Assembly: GCA_048213135.1 (NCBI GenBank)
Contig: PS015136.1
Coordinates: 36,734-74,485, forward strand
DNA: 37,752 nt
Source of the DNA: Reclinomonas americana ATCC 50394
Taxonomy: Eukaryota
Reading direction: 5' to 3'
In this document: positions 13,135 to 25,300 of the stretch, piece after piece
How positions within the stretch are numbered: the first letter of the stretch is position 1
Layout of the letters: each line of letters opens with the position of its first letter
Program-made: the position numbers and the translations under genes
Notes under the pieces: model-generated
Seen by the model: only the letters and a program-made list of their open reading frames with translations
Told to the model about the DNA's origin: nothing
Database searches by the model: none

Positions 13135-13705
13135 TCACTTGGTCTCCTCCTGGAGGGTGGGAGCAGAAAGTGAGGTCATGGTCAGCGATGTTATGCTGCA
13201 TGAGTCGCACCTCTACATCCCAGCCGTCGTCTCTCAGTTCCTGAATGAGTTCCGCGGCGCGCTGTTTGGGCAGGTGAGAAGGGAGGGTGAAGGGTAAGGG
13301 AAGGAGAGAGAAAGGGAAAGGAGGGGGAAAGGAGAAGGGAAGCGAGTGAAGGCAGGCAAGGGACGGCGAGAGACGAGCGAACAACAGACAGAGACAGGCA
13401 CAGAGGGAGAGAAGGGAGAGTGACGCAACGTCATCGGCAGGCGACGAGTGTGATTCTGCAGGCTCCGCATCTCCATAACGCGACCGATAGGCAAAGAAGA
13501 GTGCAGTGAGGGAGCCCACCAGGAGGAGCACAGCACGTGCGCCACGCTGAGTGTGAGAGCCAGGGAGACACACACAAACGCAGAGTGAGACAGGGTGACA
13601 AGAGAGAATGCATTCAGCAAGTGCATGTGCAAAGACCTTGGTGACTTGGCGCACAATGCCCATCGCCTCCTCAAAGTTCTTGTCGGGTATGGGTGCACTG
13701 CTCAT
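13135..13705 (-). CDS. Small single-pass membrane protein of unknown function (~83 aa, 4 exons)
   Basis: Spliced: MSSAPIPDKNFEEAMGIVRQVTK|RGARAVLLLVGSLTALFFAYRSRYGDAEPAESHSSPADD|RAAELIQELRDDGWDVE|EETK*. Three phase-0 introns have CTCAC branch-like motifs and pyrimidine tracts. Confidence 0.65.
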
Positions 13706-13767
13706 CTCCTCTGACGCCACAACTGAAGACACAAGAGACACGAGAGACAGGACTTTTTACTCATTGA

Positions 13768-15111
13768 TCACCTGGCTCCACTCTCCAACCGCGACGATAC
13801 AACGCCTGCACAGCCACAAGCAACATGTCAGTCGGCTACTCTTTCCCCATACCCTATTTGCTCATGTGCTTGTGGAGCGCACCTGTGAGCTCGGCCACTT
13901 GTCGACGTTCCTCTTCTATCTTGACGCGCAGCTTGGCCTGTCGTCGCTCCTCCCGTGCCTTTTTGCGTGCCCGCTCCTCTCGTTCTCGACTGCGTGAGGT
14001 GCGGCAGTGAGCAACGAAGGCGAGGGCATAAATGGAACTGCGAGCGCAGAAGACGCAACAGCTGCGCGATAACGACACGTGCTTGTTTCAGCTTTTTCGC
14101 GGCGGGCTTAATCTGCTCCGGTTGTGCCATGTACTGAATGCGCTCGGCGCCCTCGGCAAGCACACGATCGACCTCGTCGAGACGCGCCTCGTGCTCGTCG
14201 ACACGCGCGCCCACCAATTGTCGCAGCGTGACGCCCGACGCGGAGGCAGCCAGTGCCGCCCGCAGTGCCGCCAACGCAATGAGCATGGGATGGAAGAGGA
14301 ACTGAGCGTCGGTGGCCAGCGACGTGCGCACTGTGGTCTTGGCACGCTCCCAGGTGCTGGCCGACACACGCTGCGCCACATCCTTGCACCGAATCCCATC
14401 CAGGAAGCGATACGGATGATGAAAGTGCAAGTGGAAGAGCGTGCCGGCGGCCACAGTCAGCTCCATGGCCAGCACATCATCCATGGAGATACGCTCGTCG
14501 GAGATCTCCGACATGCGCTGCACCAGATCGCGCACCGTGACCGCGTACAGCTCCTCAGCCTTGCAGGCCAGATACAGACAGGCGACAGTGACTAGCACGG
14601 GGTCGTGCTCGGCCACCGAGTTGCGAATGTAGAATCGCTTGAAGAGAGACATGGCTGAGGCCTCGACGACCAGTGGCAGGTGCAAACGCACGGCCAAGTC
14701 GGGCATCTTGGCCAGGAAGTGATGCTGCAGCACCAGCTCTTCGTCCACAGTCAGCCAGTTGCGCTGGAGGGTGGTCAGCGCGCTCTTGCGCTTCTTGTCG
14801 CCACCAGAGGACTGTGAGGGGGAGAGGAGGAGAAGAGTGAAGACAAGTCAAATGCCTGTGCGTGATCATCATCTCCTGTCACACACCTCTGCTGCGGCAG
14901 CTGCCTCCTCATCCTCCGCCCGAGCCAGCTCCACCAGGCGCGTCTTGACGGCCTCCAGTGCCTCCTCTCGCCACAGCCTCAACGCGTCCACGTCACTGAC
15001 CATCCAGTGACGCGCCTGACTGCTGTCGTCGAAGAAGGCATCACCTCCTCCTCCTTGTCCTCCTCCTCCTCCTCCAGATGCCACACCACTGCTGCTGCCG
15101 CCTTCACTCAT
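13768..15111 (-). CDS. CCNH: Cyclin H (CDK7/CAK-TFIIH cyclin), 4 exons
   Basis: N-terminal FFDDSSQARHW matches the cyclin H SSQxRHW motif. Cyclin box AMSLFKRFYIRNSVAEHDPVLVTVACLYLACKAEE, then LHFHHPYRFLDG and TDAQFLFHPMLIALAAL. Introns 14886-14812, 14059-13990, 13882-13806. Confidence 0.9.
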
Positions 15112-15741
15112 GTACGTTGGTGACGGGGGGTGATGGCTTGATTTCGCGCCAATAATGATGTTGCTGTAAAGTTTACATATCCGTTGACGGCTGGTTCTCT
15201 CTTGATCGCGCGCTTTGCCTATTTGCAACTTTCTGCAATGAGGGCATACACCGCATTGTTGACTGCAAAGAGCACGTGCAAGAAACAGTTGCTATCTGTG
15301 GCGCGCTGAATTCGAATTCGAAGGCAGTTCGTGCACGTGAGGAGGATCTGCAGATAAGAAGCCACTGGGACATATGCATGGTAAGGCCAGCCTCGTGGTG
15401 GCAAGCTTGTGGTGGGTGCAACGATGCAAATGCATCGATCGCGAATTGCAAACTCGAGCTCCCCATGCTGCTGCGTAACCAGAGGTGGTACTATGTACTT
15501 CACAGTTGAGCCACATGCACAGGATCTGCAACTGCAAGCTTCTGCGCTTTCACGAGTGATCACGCGCGATAGCGAATTCGAATTCGATATCCCAGTCCTG
15601 CATTCGATACGCCCAGCTCCCTCTCCGCACACGGCACTGCTCACACTTCCGAGACACACAATTCTCTGCAAAGGGAAAGAAACGGCGTTGCCGCAAATTC
15701 GCGCCAATTTTCATGATCACCGCAATCTTCAGTGAGAGCGA
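15112..15741. promoter_or_regulatory. Probable bidirectional promoter region between cyclin H and BBS4
   Basis: 630 bp between divergent start codons, containing paired copies of GAATTCGAATTCGA (15308, 15574) and TTCGCGCCAAT (15143, 15698). Confidence 0.55.
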
Positions 15742-16327
15742 ATGGACGACGACTTTGGAGGAGGCGTGAGTGGTGTGAGTGGCGCAGGTGGTGCGCATGG
15801 CGGTGCCAATGTCTCTGCGAGTGTGGCTGCGAGTCTGTCGGGACAAGGCGATGCTCGCAACTGGCTCATTCATCTGTTGTACACGCGAGGAGAGCATGAT
15901 GAGTGCTTGAGACTCATTGAGGAGCAGGTGTGTGTGTGTGTGAGAGAGAGAAAAGAGGGGCGAAGAGAGGCGAAGAGAGAGATCGATAACAACGCATTGA
16001 TCAACTGCCTTCTGTGATCTCTCTCTCTCTCTCNNNNNNNNNNNNNNNNNNNNNNNNNNNNNNNNNNNNNNNNNNNNNNNNNNNNNNNNNNNNNNNNNNN
16101 NNNNNNNNNNNNNNNNNNNNNNNNNNNNNNNNNNNNNNNNNNNNNNNNNNNNNNNNNNNNNNNNNNNNNNNNNNNNNNNNNNNNNNNNNNNNNNNNNNNN
16201 NNNNNNNNNNNNNNNNNNNNNNNNNNNNNNNNNNNNNNNNNNNNNNNNNNNNNNNNNNNNNNNNNNNNNNNNNNNNNNNNNNNNNNNNNNNNNNNNNNNN
16301 NNNNNNNNNNNNNNNNNNNNNNNNNNC

Positions 16328-16396
<69 letters not shown>

Positions 16397-19062
16397 CAAG
16401 TCTTCGATTGTCTCCCTTGCTCTCGTGCTTCATTCCTACTCGACAGACAAGTCTCTCTCTCACTCTCTCTCTCTCTCTCTTCTCACTCTTCTCTGACTGT
16501 CTCTCTCTCGCTCACACACGCTGACCCCCCTCTCAGCTGCAAGAGACAAAAGGCATGTGCGAGTACGCTCTGTATGTCAAAGGTCTGTGCCTGTGTTCCT
16601 CCCTTCCCTCACTGGTCAGCTGTGTGTAACCATCATTCTCTCCACCGCTCCTCAGCTCTGATCAGCAGGCAGCGTGGCTCGATTCAAGAGTCTCTGGAGC
16701 TGTTCCGCTCCGCCACCATTCTCAACCCGCACAATGTCAGCAACTTGAAACAAGTCGCTCGATCACTGTTGCGTGCTCTGCTTTTGTTCATGTGCTTTGC
16801 TGGCATGCGGCTTACGTGCGCGTGTGTGTATGCGCAGTCACCTGCTGGGCAGGCACAAGAACGCGATTGATGTGTACGACGAGGCGCAACGCTTGGTCGA
16901 GGAGGATTGGGTGAGTTGTCCAGGAAGAGGGAGAAAGAGAGAGAGCCATGCGTCTCTGCTTCCTGACCCCCTTCCCTTCTCCCAGGAAATCTGGCACAAC
17001 AAGGGCGTGTGCCACATGTACTTGAAGAACTTTGACCAGGCCATCGACGCCTTTCAGTGCGCCAACGCCATTGCGCGGCACGATGCCACCTTCATGCAGC
17101 TGGCCAAGGTCTACACCATGCAAGACGACATTCCGGCGGCCATTGAGACCCTGGAGGAGGCACTTGAGTTCTCGCCCGAGAACCCCGAGATTCTCACCAC
17201 GCTCGGCATTCTGCACTTGCAAGTTGGCGAGAACCAAAAGGCGTTTGACAATCTCGGCGCGGCTCTCACGCAGGATCCGAAGAACCCCAAGGTGTGCGAG
17301 ACTCACTCATGTTCAATCTCTGTCTCTTGCATGGCTGCTCACCCCACCCTGCCAGACCATTCTCGCCGCCGGCTCAATCATCCAAGACCACAACGAAATG
17401 GATGTGGCGCTCAGCAAGTACCGTGTGGCCGCCAAAGAGACACCAAACTCGGCGCAGCTGTGGAACAACATTGGCATGTGCTTCTTTGGCAAGCAGAATT
17501 ATGTGGCAGTTGAGGCGATGGGAGAGGGGGGTGGGAGGTGGGGAAGGAAGATGAGCTGGCACTCACTGCAGTATCGCAGGCCATTTCATGTCTGAAGAGG
17601 GCGCTGTACCTGGCGCCGTTCGAGTGGATCATTGCGTACAATCTCGGGCTGGTGCACTTGAATACGGGCCAGTTGCGTTGCTGGGGTTTTGTGATCCAGT
17701 CATTTGCGGGTTTTGTTGTTTTGTGCTCTGTCATGGTTGTGGAGCGGTCTCTCTCTCTCTCTCNNNNNNNNNNNNNNNNNNNNNNNNNNNNNNNNNNNNN
17801 NNNNNNNNNNNNNNNNNNNNNNNNNNNNNNNNNNNNNNNNNNNNNNNNNNNNNNNNNNNNNNNNNNNNNNNNNNNNNNNNNNNNNNNNNNNNNNNNNNNN
17901 NNNNNNNNNNNNNNNNNNNNNNNNNNNNNNNNNNNNNNNNNNNNNNNNNNNNNNNNNNNNNNNNNNNNNNNNNNNNNNNNNNNNNNNNNNNNNNNNNNNN
18001 NNNNNNNNNNNNNNNNNNNNNNNNNNNNNNNNNNNNNNNNNNNNNNNNNNNNNNNNNNNNNNNNNNNNNNNNNNNNNNNNNNNNNNNNNNNNNNNNNNNN
18101 NNNNNNNNNNNNNNTCGTCACTTGTTTTTTCGTCTTGCGATCCAGTGTGTTGTTCTTGTGCTCTGTCGCAGTTGTGGCACAGTCTCTCTCTCTTCCCCCG
18201 TCGTTTGACCTGTGTGTTATTCTTGTGCTCTGTGGTTGTGTCCATGTCGCTTTGGGTTTCCCGTCGTGTGACGCAGTGTTAATTCTTGTGCTCTCGCTGC
18301 TTTGACCTAGTCTCTTGGGTGTCCGTCTTGTGATCCTGCGTGTTGTTCTTGTGCTCTGTCGCTGTTGTGGTGCAGTTTCTCTCTTTCTTTTCCCCCGTCG
18401 TGTGATCCTGCGTGTTGTTCTTGTGCTCTGTCGCTCTTTTGACCCAGTCTCTTGTTCCCCCCACCCCCGTCTCGTGACGCAGTGTGGTATTCTTGTGCTC
18501 TGTGGTTCTTGTGACCCAGTCGTCACTTGTTTTGTCATCCGTCTCCATCCTGCTTGCCTTTTCTCCCCTTTTCCCTTTCCACTTGCTTCCTCTCACATTC
18601 CCCTCCCCTCTCCCTCTCCCTCTCCCTCTCACTCTCCCCTCCCCCCTCCCCCTCTCCCTCACCCTCCCCAGATTCGCCTCGGCCTTCCACTACTTCTCCG
18701 CCTCGATCAACCTGAAGCGCGACTTTGCCAGCGCCTACATGTACCTGGCCATCACTCTGTCGCGGCTGGACGACTTTGAGAATGCCTGCCACGCCTACGA
18801 GAAGGCGATTGAGATGGAGAGGTGTGCTGCAATCTCCGTTTCCGATCACGCTGCCATGGTCTCACTCTTCCCCCCTTTTGGTAGCGACCATTTGTTTGAG
18901 CTCAACTACGCCGTCACGCTGTACAACCACGGCGACTCGAGGAATGCACGCAAGCACTTCCAGCAGTTCCAGCGCCTGTTCGAGGACCTGGATGAGGCAG
19001 CCAAGCAGGAGGATCCTGACGTGCTCACCATCTCCAAGCGTCTCAGCGATTTGTTGAAGTGA
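15742..19062 (+). CDS. BBS4: Bardet-Biedl syndrome 4 protein (BBSome TPR subunit), 9 exons
   Basis: Exons 15742-15927, 16537-16582, 16656-16767, 16838-16910, 16986-17291, 17356-17508, 17580-17671, 18672-18821, 18885-19062. Motifs [86 protein letters not shown] match BBS4. Confidence 0.96.
16017..16510. repeat. (CT)n microsatellite tracts flanking assembly gap 16034-16326 in BBS4 intron 1
   Basis: Read directly from the sequence. Confidence 0.9.
17687..18545. repeat. Degenerate minisatellite (~62-73 bp units, core TTCTTGTGCTCT) in BBS4 intron 7, interrupted by gap 17764-18114
   Basis: Six units of form CGTC-N-TGTGA(T)CC-N-GYGTGTTRTTCTTGTGCTCTGT plus a variable tail lie between ~18131 and ~18540. 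One more diverged unit lies before the gap. Confidence 0.85.
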
Positions 19063-19441
19063 GGTCGCCGCGCGTGTGTGTGTGCGCGCGCGCGTTTCAG
19101 ATTGAAATTATGGTGGTGTATACGCGATATCCGGCTGCATGCATGTACAAGTGCAGACAACAGCGGTGTTCACGTCCAGGCTTTGGTGTCGTATTGGCCA
19201 CGAATGACAGGATCAATTATTGCAAAAAATGCGTCACCATCGCTCTTTTCTCGTATGCCTTTCACCACCATCACTCTCGTTCTCAAGCACCACGTAGTCT
19301 CGTTGCGCAAGTCGCGAACGCCCGGCCACGTGCCTCGTAGTTGTATTGTCAGGCCTTCTTGTCAGCCGGAAATGCACTCAACCTGTCATCCTCGCACCGA
19401 TCTTTCCACGCCGTTTTTCTTGTCTTGTGTGAGAGAGAAGC

Positions 19442-22132
19442 ATGTCATCCAACAAGAAGGGTGTACCCAAGGCTGCCGCCGCAGCCAATGCTGTCGGTGT
19501 GTCCCTCTCACCCCTCCACACCCCATTCTCTCTCTCCCTCACTCATTCTCCTCCTCTCAGAAACCGAGAACACTCGCCGTCTGGAGCAAGCACGAGCCGC
19601 CTTCCAACACGCCCAGGCCGCAGTGAGCCAGGGCCAGCTGAGCGACGCACAAGTGATCCTGAGTCAGTGCGTGGACGAGTTCACAGCGCTGCTCGGACGC
19701 CAACACGGCGACACCATGCAAGCCATGTACACGCTGTCGATGGTGCTCACCAACGTCGGCCGCATGGACGAAGCGCTGGCACTCCTCCAGGAGCTGGTCG
19801 AGCTCGCCGAGCGCATGTTTGGCTCGGAGCACGTGAACGTCTCTGCTGCGAAGCTGGAGTACGAGAAGGTGGGCCGCGCCATGGCGCAGCGCGAGGCCGA
19901 GGCACTGCGCGCACAGGTCGCACAGATGCGGGAGGAACTCCGACTCAAGGAGCTGTTGCTTGACGGCTCAGAGCGCATTCCCGACCCGCTGGCAGTCCCG
20001 CTTGGTGCGTTTCCACGAGTTTTGTCGTGTTTCTCGTTTTGTCCTGTCATCCACCTCACACTGTTCGGTGGTGCCAACCTGCAGTGGACACGGATGAGCT
20101 GCGTGAACATCGCCGGATCATCTCGCAGAGTGTGCACGAGCTGCTGCCGTCGACGATTCTGGCCGAGCGGGGCGATCCGGATGCCGGATCGCAACTGGAG
20201 CAATCGGCCGTGTTTGCCGATATTCCCGACGCAGTCCGCGTCGCCAGCCGCGGCCTGAGCGAGTTCCGCGATCCGTCGGGCACGCCTCCGCCCGCTCCCG
20301 ACGCTCCCTACCACAAGGTAGTGCGCGCTCATGCCAACACACTGATTCGCATCGTGGAGGACCTGCCGAGCGATGCGCAGGATCGTGTGCGACAGATTGG
20401 CATGCAGACGCCGGTCACGCAGCATGCCGTCAGCGCTGTGGTTAGCCTCCGGGATCAGGTCAGCAAGGTGTTCAAGGAGGTTGCTGATGCAGCGCAGGTC
20501 GTGTACGGTGTGTCGGTGACGGAGGAGGCGGCCGCTGTGGCGCGTCGTGAGGCCGAGGACGGCAATGATCGCGACACGCACGATCGCGACCTGCGCCAAG
20601 TCAAGGCCATTAGCCGTGCCAGCGATCGCCTTGACAGCTCGGTGCACGCCTGCAATCAGACGCAGTCGCTGGTGGACGAGAGAAGACGCGGACAGAGCGA
20701 GACGGAGCGCGAACTGCTGTGGAACGACCTCTCTGTCAAGTGCGACGAAACGCTGGCCAAGCTGCGCGGCATGATTGACGAGATGCCGCGCAAGCTGGCT
20801 CGTGCGCAGCAGGAGACCAACTACACCAAGCAGGGCATTCTGCATGAGCGTCAAGAGCTTCTCAACCGCCTGCGCGTCAACGTGGTGCGCCTCGATGAGT
20901 GCGAGCGCGTGGAGCGACGGCTTGCCCGCGAGCGTCAGCAGCTGGACGAGATTCTTGCGCGACTCGTCAAGCGCGCTGACGCGGTGGAGATGGTGCAGAC
21001 TGAAGTGGTGCGATGGGCGCCGGCGCATCTGCGCAAGATGCGAGAGGCGGCGGCGAAGGAGCTTCGGGCGTGGCAGACCAGTGCCCGCGAGGCTGAGAGC
21101 TTTGCCACCCGACGGGAATTCGGTCTGCAGCGCGGCAGGGAGGAGCTGGAGCTGCAAGTCAAGCGATATGTGCGGTTCACGGAGGTTGCCGACCGCACTG
21201 CCGCCGACAATAACAAGTGGCGTGTGTTGAGGTTGCCCAGCAAAGTGGACCAGCAGCGCGAGGAGGAGGAGCGCAGTCAGGCGTTTGCCGCGGCCGCCGA
21301 GGCCAGCAAGCTGCTCGAGCTGTGCACGCGATTCTCGCTCAAGTGGGAGGACTGCTCGGAGGCCGACGCTCGCCTGCACTACCGCCGTGTGATGCTGGAC
21401 GCTGCGGTCGACGCCTGCAAGGGGCACCCGCCACCGGCCGTTCTCGCGGATTGTTGCGTCCCCACCCCGTTCATCGTGCAACTGCAAGAAGCACTGACAC
21501 TGACCTGCTGTCACACATACACAGTGGGGCTGTCTGATCTGCAAGACGACGTGGCGCTGTCGATCCAGTCGCTGGACTCGCTGCGACTGCACGCGTCGCC
21601 GCAGCCGATGAACGTTCGACCCAACGCCGCACAGGCGCGCTTCCAGTTGCACGAGACCCTCAATTCCGTCCTGGGCAAGGAGCATGCGCCGGTGACGGTG
21701 CGCTTCTCGCCACAGCAGAACACATTGACACTGGAGTTCGAGGTGCCGGTGCTGTCGACCAGCGCCCGCGATTCGCCCACCTCGATGGAGGCCCGAGCTG
21801 CGGCGACCACGGCACGTGCAGTCAAGGCCGTGCAGCGCGGACTGCGCGCCGAGCTCGCCGACCGCCTGCCCCCGGTGGAGCCCGTCATCGAGCGACGCGA
21901 CCACGCCATTGTGGCCATCGTAGCCGAACTCGGCTCGGCGGACGCACTGGTGGCGCTGGCGCTTCGCCGCGACCACTTGTCGCAGGCCATTAGCCAGGCA
22001 CAGCGACGATTCGCCGACGAGGATATCAGCAGCTTGCTGACCAAGACCTCGGCTACGGCCGCCGCAGGAGCGGCCGACGACTGGGCCGCGAGCAGCCACT
22101 CCACTGTCGTGTCGTCTGTGGGCCGACTCTGA
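19442..22132 (+). CDS. TPR (kinesin-light-chain-type repeat) plus long coiled-coil protein, 3 exons
   Basis: Introns 19497-19560 and 20005-20084 (both phase 1). KLC-type TPR LLGRQHGDTMQAMYTLSMVLTNVGRMDEALALLQELVELAERMFGSEH is followed by an E/R/Q/L-rich helical region. Confidence 0.8.
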
Positions 22133-22349
22133 GGATGACGATGTAAAAACGGAGTGAATGCACGCTATTTTAAAAAGAAGTTGTATCTCCTTCTCCTCCT
22201 CCTCCATTATCATCAGCCCGCAAGATCACGAAGTTTCTTCGGTGCCGCTGAAGGACAAGATTGATTCTCGCCTCTAGATATTCCGAACACATCGGCGAAG
22301 AGGAGAAGAGAAGAGAGAGCGACAGCTTCTCCTTTGCGTTGCCGCCAAC

Positions 22350-25300
22350 ATGAAGTTCGGTGTGCAGCTGAGTCTGCACTCACTGACGAAATGGCGCAAC
22401 AACTATGTGCGATACAAGCGACTGAAGGACAAGATCCACGCAGTGGTCGCAGCTCACATTGCCACCGGGTCTGACTCTCTCTTTGTCTCCCCTTCCCTCA
22501 CACACACATCGCTCACTTTGCGCTCATCAGTGTGGCCATTGACTTGCTGCCTGAGGAAAAGTCGTTTGAGGAGAGCCTGCACTCAGATCTTCGGTTCGCA
22601 TCACACTTGTCTGTTTGCTCTCTCTCTTTCGTGCTCACACTGTGCACGTAGGGCGGTGAACAACTTTGTGGCGCTGCAAAAGGCGGCACTGGAGAGCGAT
22701 CTGTTTGCGTTTGAGCAGCGTTTGCGCGTGTCGTTGGCGAATGGATCGTCGGATCGCCATCGACGACCCGAGGACGAGGAAGAAGAGGAGCGTGGGATTA
22801 CACTGGAGGAGGTGTCGCGACTGCGTGCGCTGTGTGTGGACTTTGTGCAGCTGCGACACTTTGTGCAGCTCAACGCCGAAGGCTTTCGAAAGGTGCTGAA
22901 GAAGCATCGGAAGCACGCGCAGTATGCGCTCGATCCGCGACTCGATCCCGCCACGGCCTATCGACAGCCGTTTGCCGATCCCGAGTCTCTGGCGTGGTTT
23001 GGTTCGCTCACTTGCTGTGCACTGGCATACCCTCCCCTCCCCTAGAAAACCTACCTCGTTGCTGATCCCTCGGTTCGCAGCTCGTCGACTGCAGCACATT
23101 CGCTCGCTCTTCCAGCAGCGTGTCAGCGACGCTGTGAGCGAGACCGAGCTGTTCAAGCAACTGATGGAGATCACGTTGGAGGTGCCGCCGGTGGTGCGTC
23201 GGCAGCGATCGATCTGGCGTCGATACTCGTTTCGCGGCTCGTGGGTCCCGCTGGCGCTGTGCTTGTATCAAAAGGTGAGCATTGCGGGAGAGCTCGACTC
23301 GCACTGTCTCTTACTCTCTACTCCCTCGTTCAGTTCACGGAGACGTTTGTCAAGGCCGTCACATTGGCGACGGTGGTCTCCTTTGCCTGGAAGACGGAGA
23401 GTCAGGGCAACGCGGAGGCACTGCTGATGCCGCCGGGCGGCATCTCGCGATTCGCCTTTATCGGCTGCCTGTTTGGCCTGGTGTCGTTGTTCCGCGCCGC
23501 TGCACTGGTGTTTGCTGCGTACTTTGCTCACGATGCGCGACTCGTCGGTTGGATCTGGGGCACGGTGCGGGCGCTCAGCTTGTGGACTCTCGCGCAACTG
23601 TCGGTGTGTGCACTCTGTGTCTCTGTGGCTGTGTGTCTGCACCCCCTCGTTGAGTTGTGCGCCCGCGCAGCAATCTCCATGGCTGTGGAAATTGGTCTTC
23701 CTCCTGCTCCTCCTCGAACCCTTTGCCGGTGTGATGACCTGCGCGGCCGCGTCGCGCTTGTTGTGGGGCTCACGTCGCTTGTGGAAAGGTGTATTCTCCC
23801 CGCTCCGCTGTCATTTCTTTTTCCCCCTGTCTCCCTCACATGCGTTTCATGCAGCCGACGTGAGCCGACTGTACGAGCGCATGGCCATGATTGATGCCAA
23901 TGGCGCCACCGGCAACGGCATGAGCGATGAGACACCCATTTCGCGTGGCACCTACAGCCTGTTGTCGTTCGCCATGTCGGTGTTGGGCGTGCTCGGCGCC
24001 TTTGTGATTGCGCGTTACGGTTTCGGCATGTACGCGTGCTTGCTGGTGGCGGCGGCGTTGGCGTTTGTGGAGGTGCCGCTGTTCTCGCTCTCATCGCGCC
24101 CCAGCCGGGATCTGCGCTTGCCCGACCCGATTGTCACCTACCACATGTCGCCGGCGTCGCTTCTCTCGCAACACCACACGATGCGATGGACGATGATTGT
24201 GCTGCTGGCCTCGTCGCCGGCGTACCAGGCCTCACCAACCGCCGTCCTACTGGTGTGTGCCGGCCTCTCGCTGGCCGTGCGAATCGGCGAGTTCGTCGGC
24301 AAACTCTTGTCGTATTCCACGGGCGCACGGTTCGGCACATGCGCGTGGTGTCCGCCTCCTCTTTTTCGCTTGGACTCACGACGGTGCCTCTCACAGCTTC
24401 TCACTGAGTCGCGTGTCGCTGTATGCCACCTCGAGCTTTGCGCTCTTCGCCCTGCTGCCGTTTGTCTCCGAGTACGCCGACATGATGCGCGCTCCGTGGT
24501 GGATGCTGCAATTTAAGTTGCGCCTCCCCGTTGCCGACGTCCATGTCTTCCACTCTCGCTCTCTCTCATCATGGCTGTGTGCGCAGACTGCCGGCGCCTC
24601 TGTTTGGAGATGTACGACTCCTTCTCAGCTTTGTTATTCTGCTGACATTTAGCGTGTTCAACTACCTCGCCCGCACCACCTCGGCAGCGCTGCGGCACAG
24701 CACCGAGTCTCACGCCCCGTCCACACTCGGCGGCCCATTGGATACGCGGCTGTGGCTGTTCAAAGTCGTCAAGAGCTTCTTCTCAGTGCTCGCCGGCGTG
24801 TTTGTGGAGGTGACACACTCACTTTTGCTTGTCGATCACTCACATACTCACTAACCTTGCGTGCTCGACAGAGACCATTTACCAACGTCCTCAATCTGTC
24901 GTTCATGTCGCTGGCGCTTGGCATCGTCACGTCGGTGCTCGGTGTGCTCGAGGCGTGGTCTGCACCGAAAATCATCAACGCCTCGGCCGACGCGGAGATG
25001 GCAGAGCTGGGTTTCGAGCGGCGCGGCCGTTTCATTGTGGTCGAGGGGCTTGATGGTGCGTTTTTCCCCTTCATATACCCCGAACTGTGTTTAAGAATTC
25101 CTCACCACTGCACACTGGTGTGAGCAGGATCGGGCAAGTCGACGCAGTTGGCCATGCTGGAGACCAAGCTGCGACTGGCGGGTTTCGATGTGGTGACCAC
25201 CGGGTGGAACTCGTCGTCGATGATGGCCGAGTCCATCAAGGCCTCGAAGCGTCTGCGTCACATGCGGCGTCGCACGTTTGCGCTCAGTCAGGCCACCGAC

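Noticed and set aside
15308-15321. Heat-shock element in GAATTCGAATTCGA
   Set aside because: An HSE needs inverted nGAAn pentamers (GAAnnTTC); spacing here is 3 bp.
15112-15741. RFX X-box upstream of ciliary gene BBS4
   Set aside because: Only GTTGC half-sites; no full GTTnCCnnGGnAAC-type palindrome seen.
16768-17672. Reading the shifted donors as non-canonical G|TT...AG introns
   Set aside because: Keeping the G in the exon with the same AG acceptor frameshifts conserved BBS4. GT-AG joins restore the frame without needing odd acceptors.
15870-18538. Long ORFs containing X runs and ER/SL dipeptide repeats
   Set aside because: Artefacts of N gaps and (CT)n microsatellites inside BBS4 introns.
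18131-18545. CRISPR-like reading of the core-plus-variable-tail array
   Set aside because: Cores are degenerate, tails resemble each other, no cas genes, and it lies in a spliceosomal intron.
20600-21300. Faint resemblance of the coiled coil to paraflagellar rod proteins
   Set aside because: Explained by generic coiled-coil composition; no diagnostic motif without a profile search.
19664-22213. 849-aa ORF on the minus strand
   Set aside because: Antisense shadow of the GC-rich TPR/coiled-coil gene; no motifs, and splice signals are on the plus strand.
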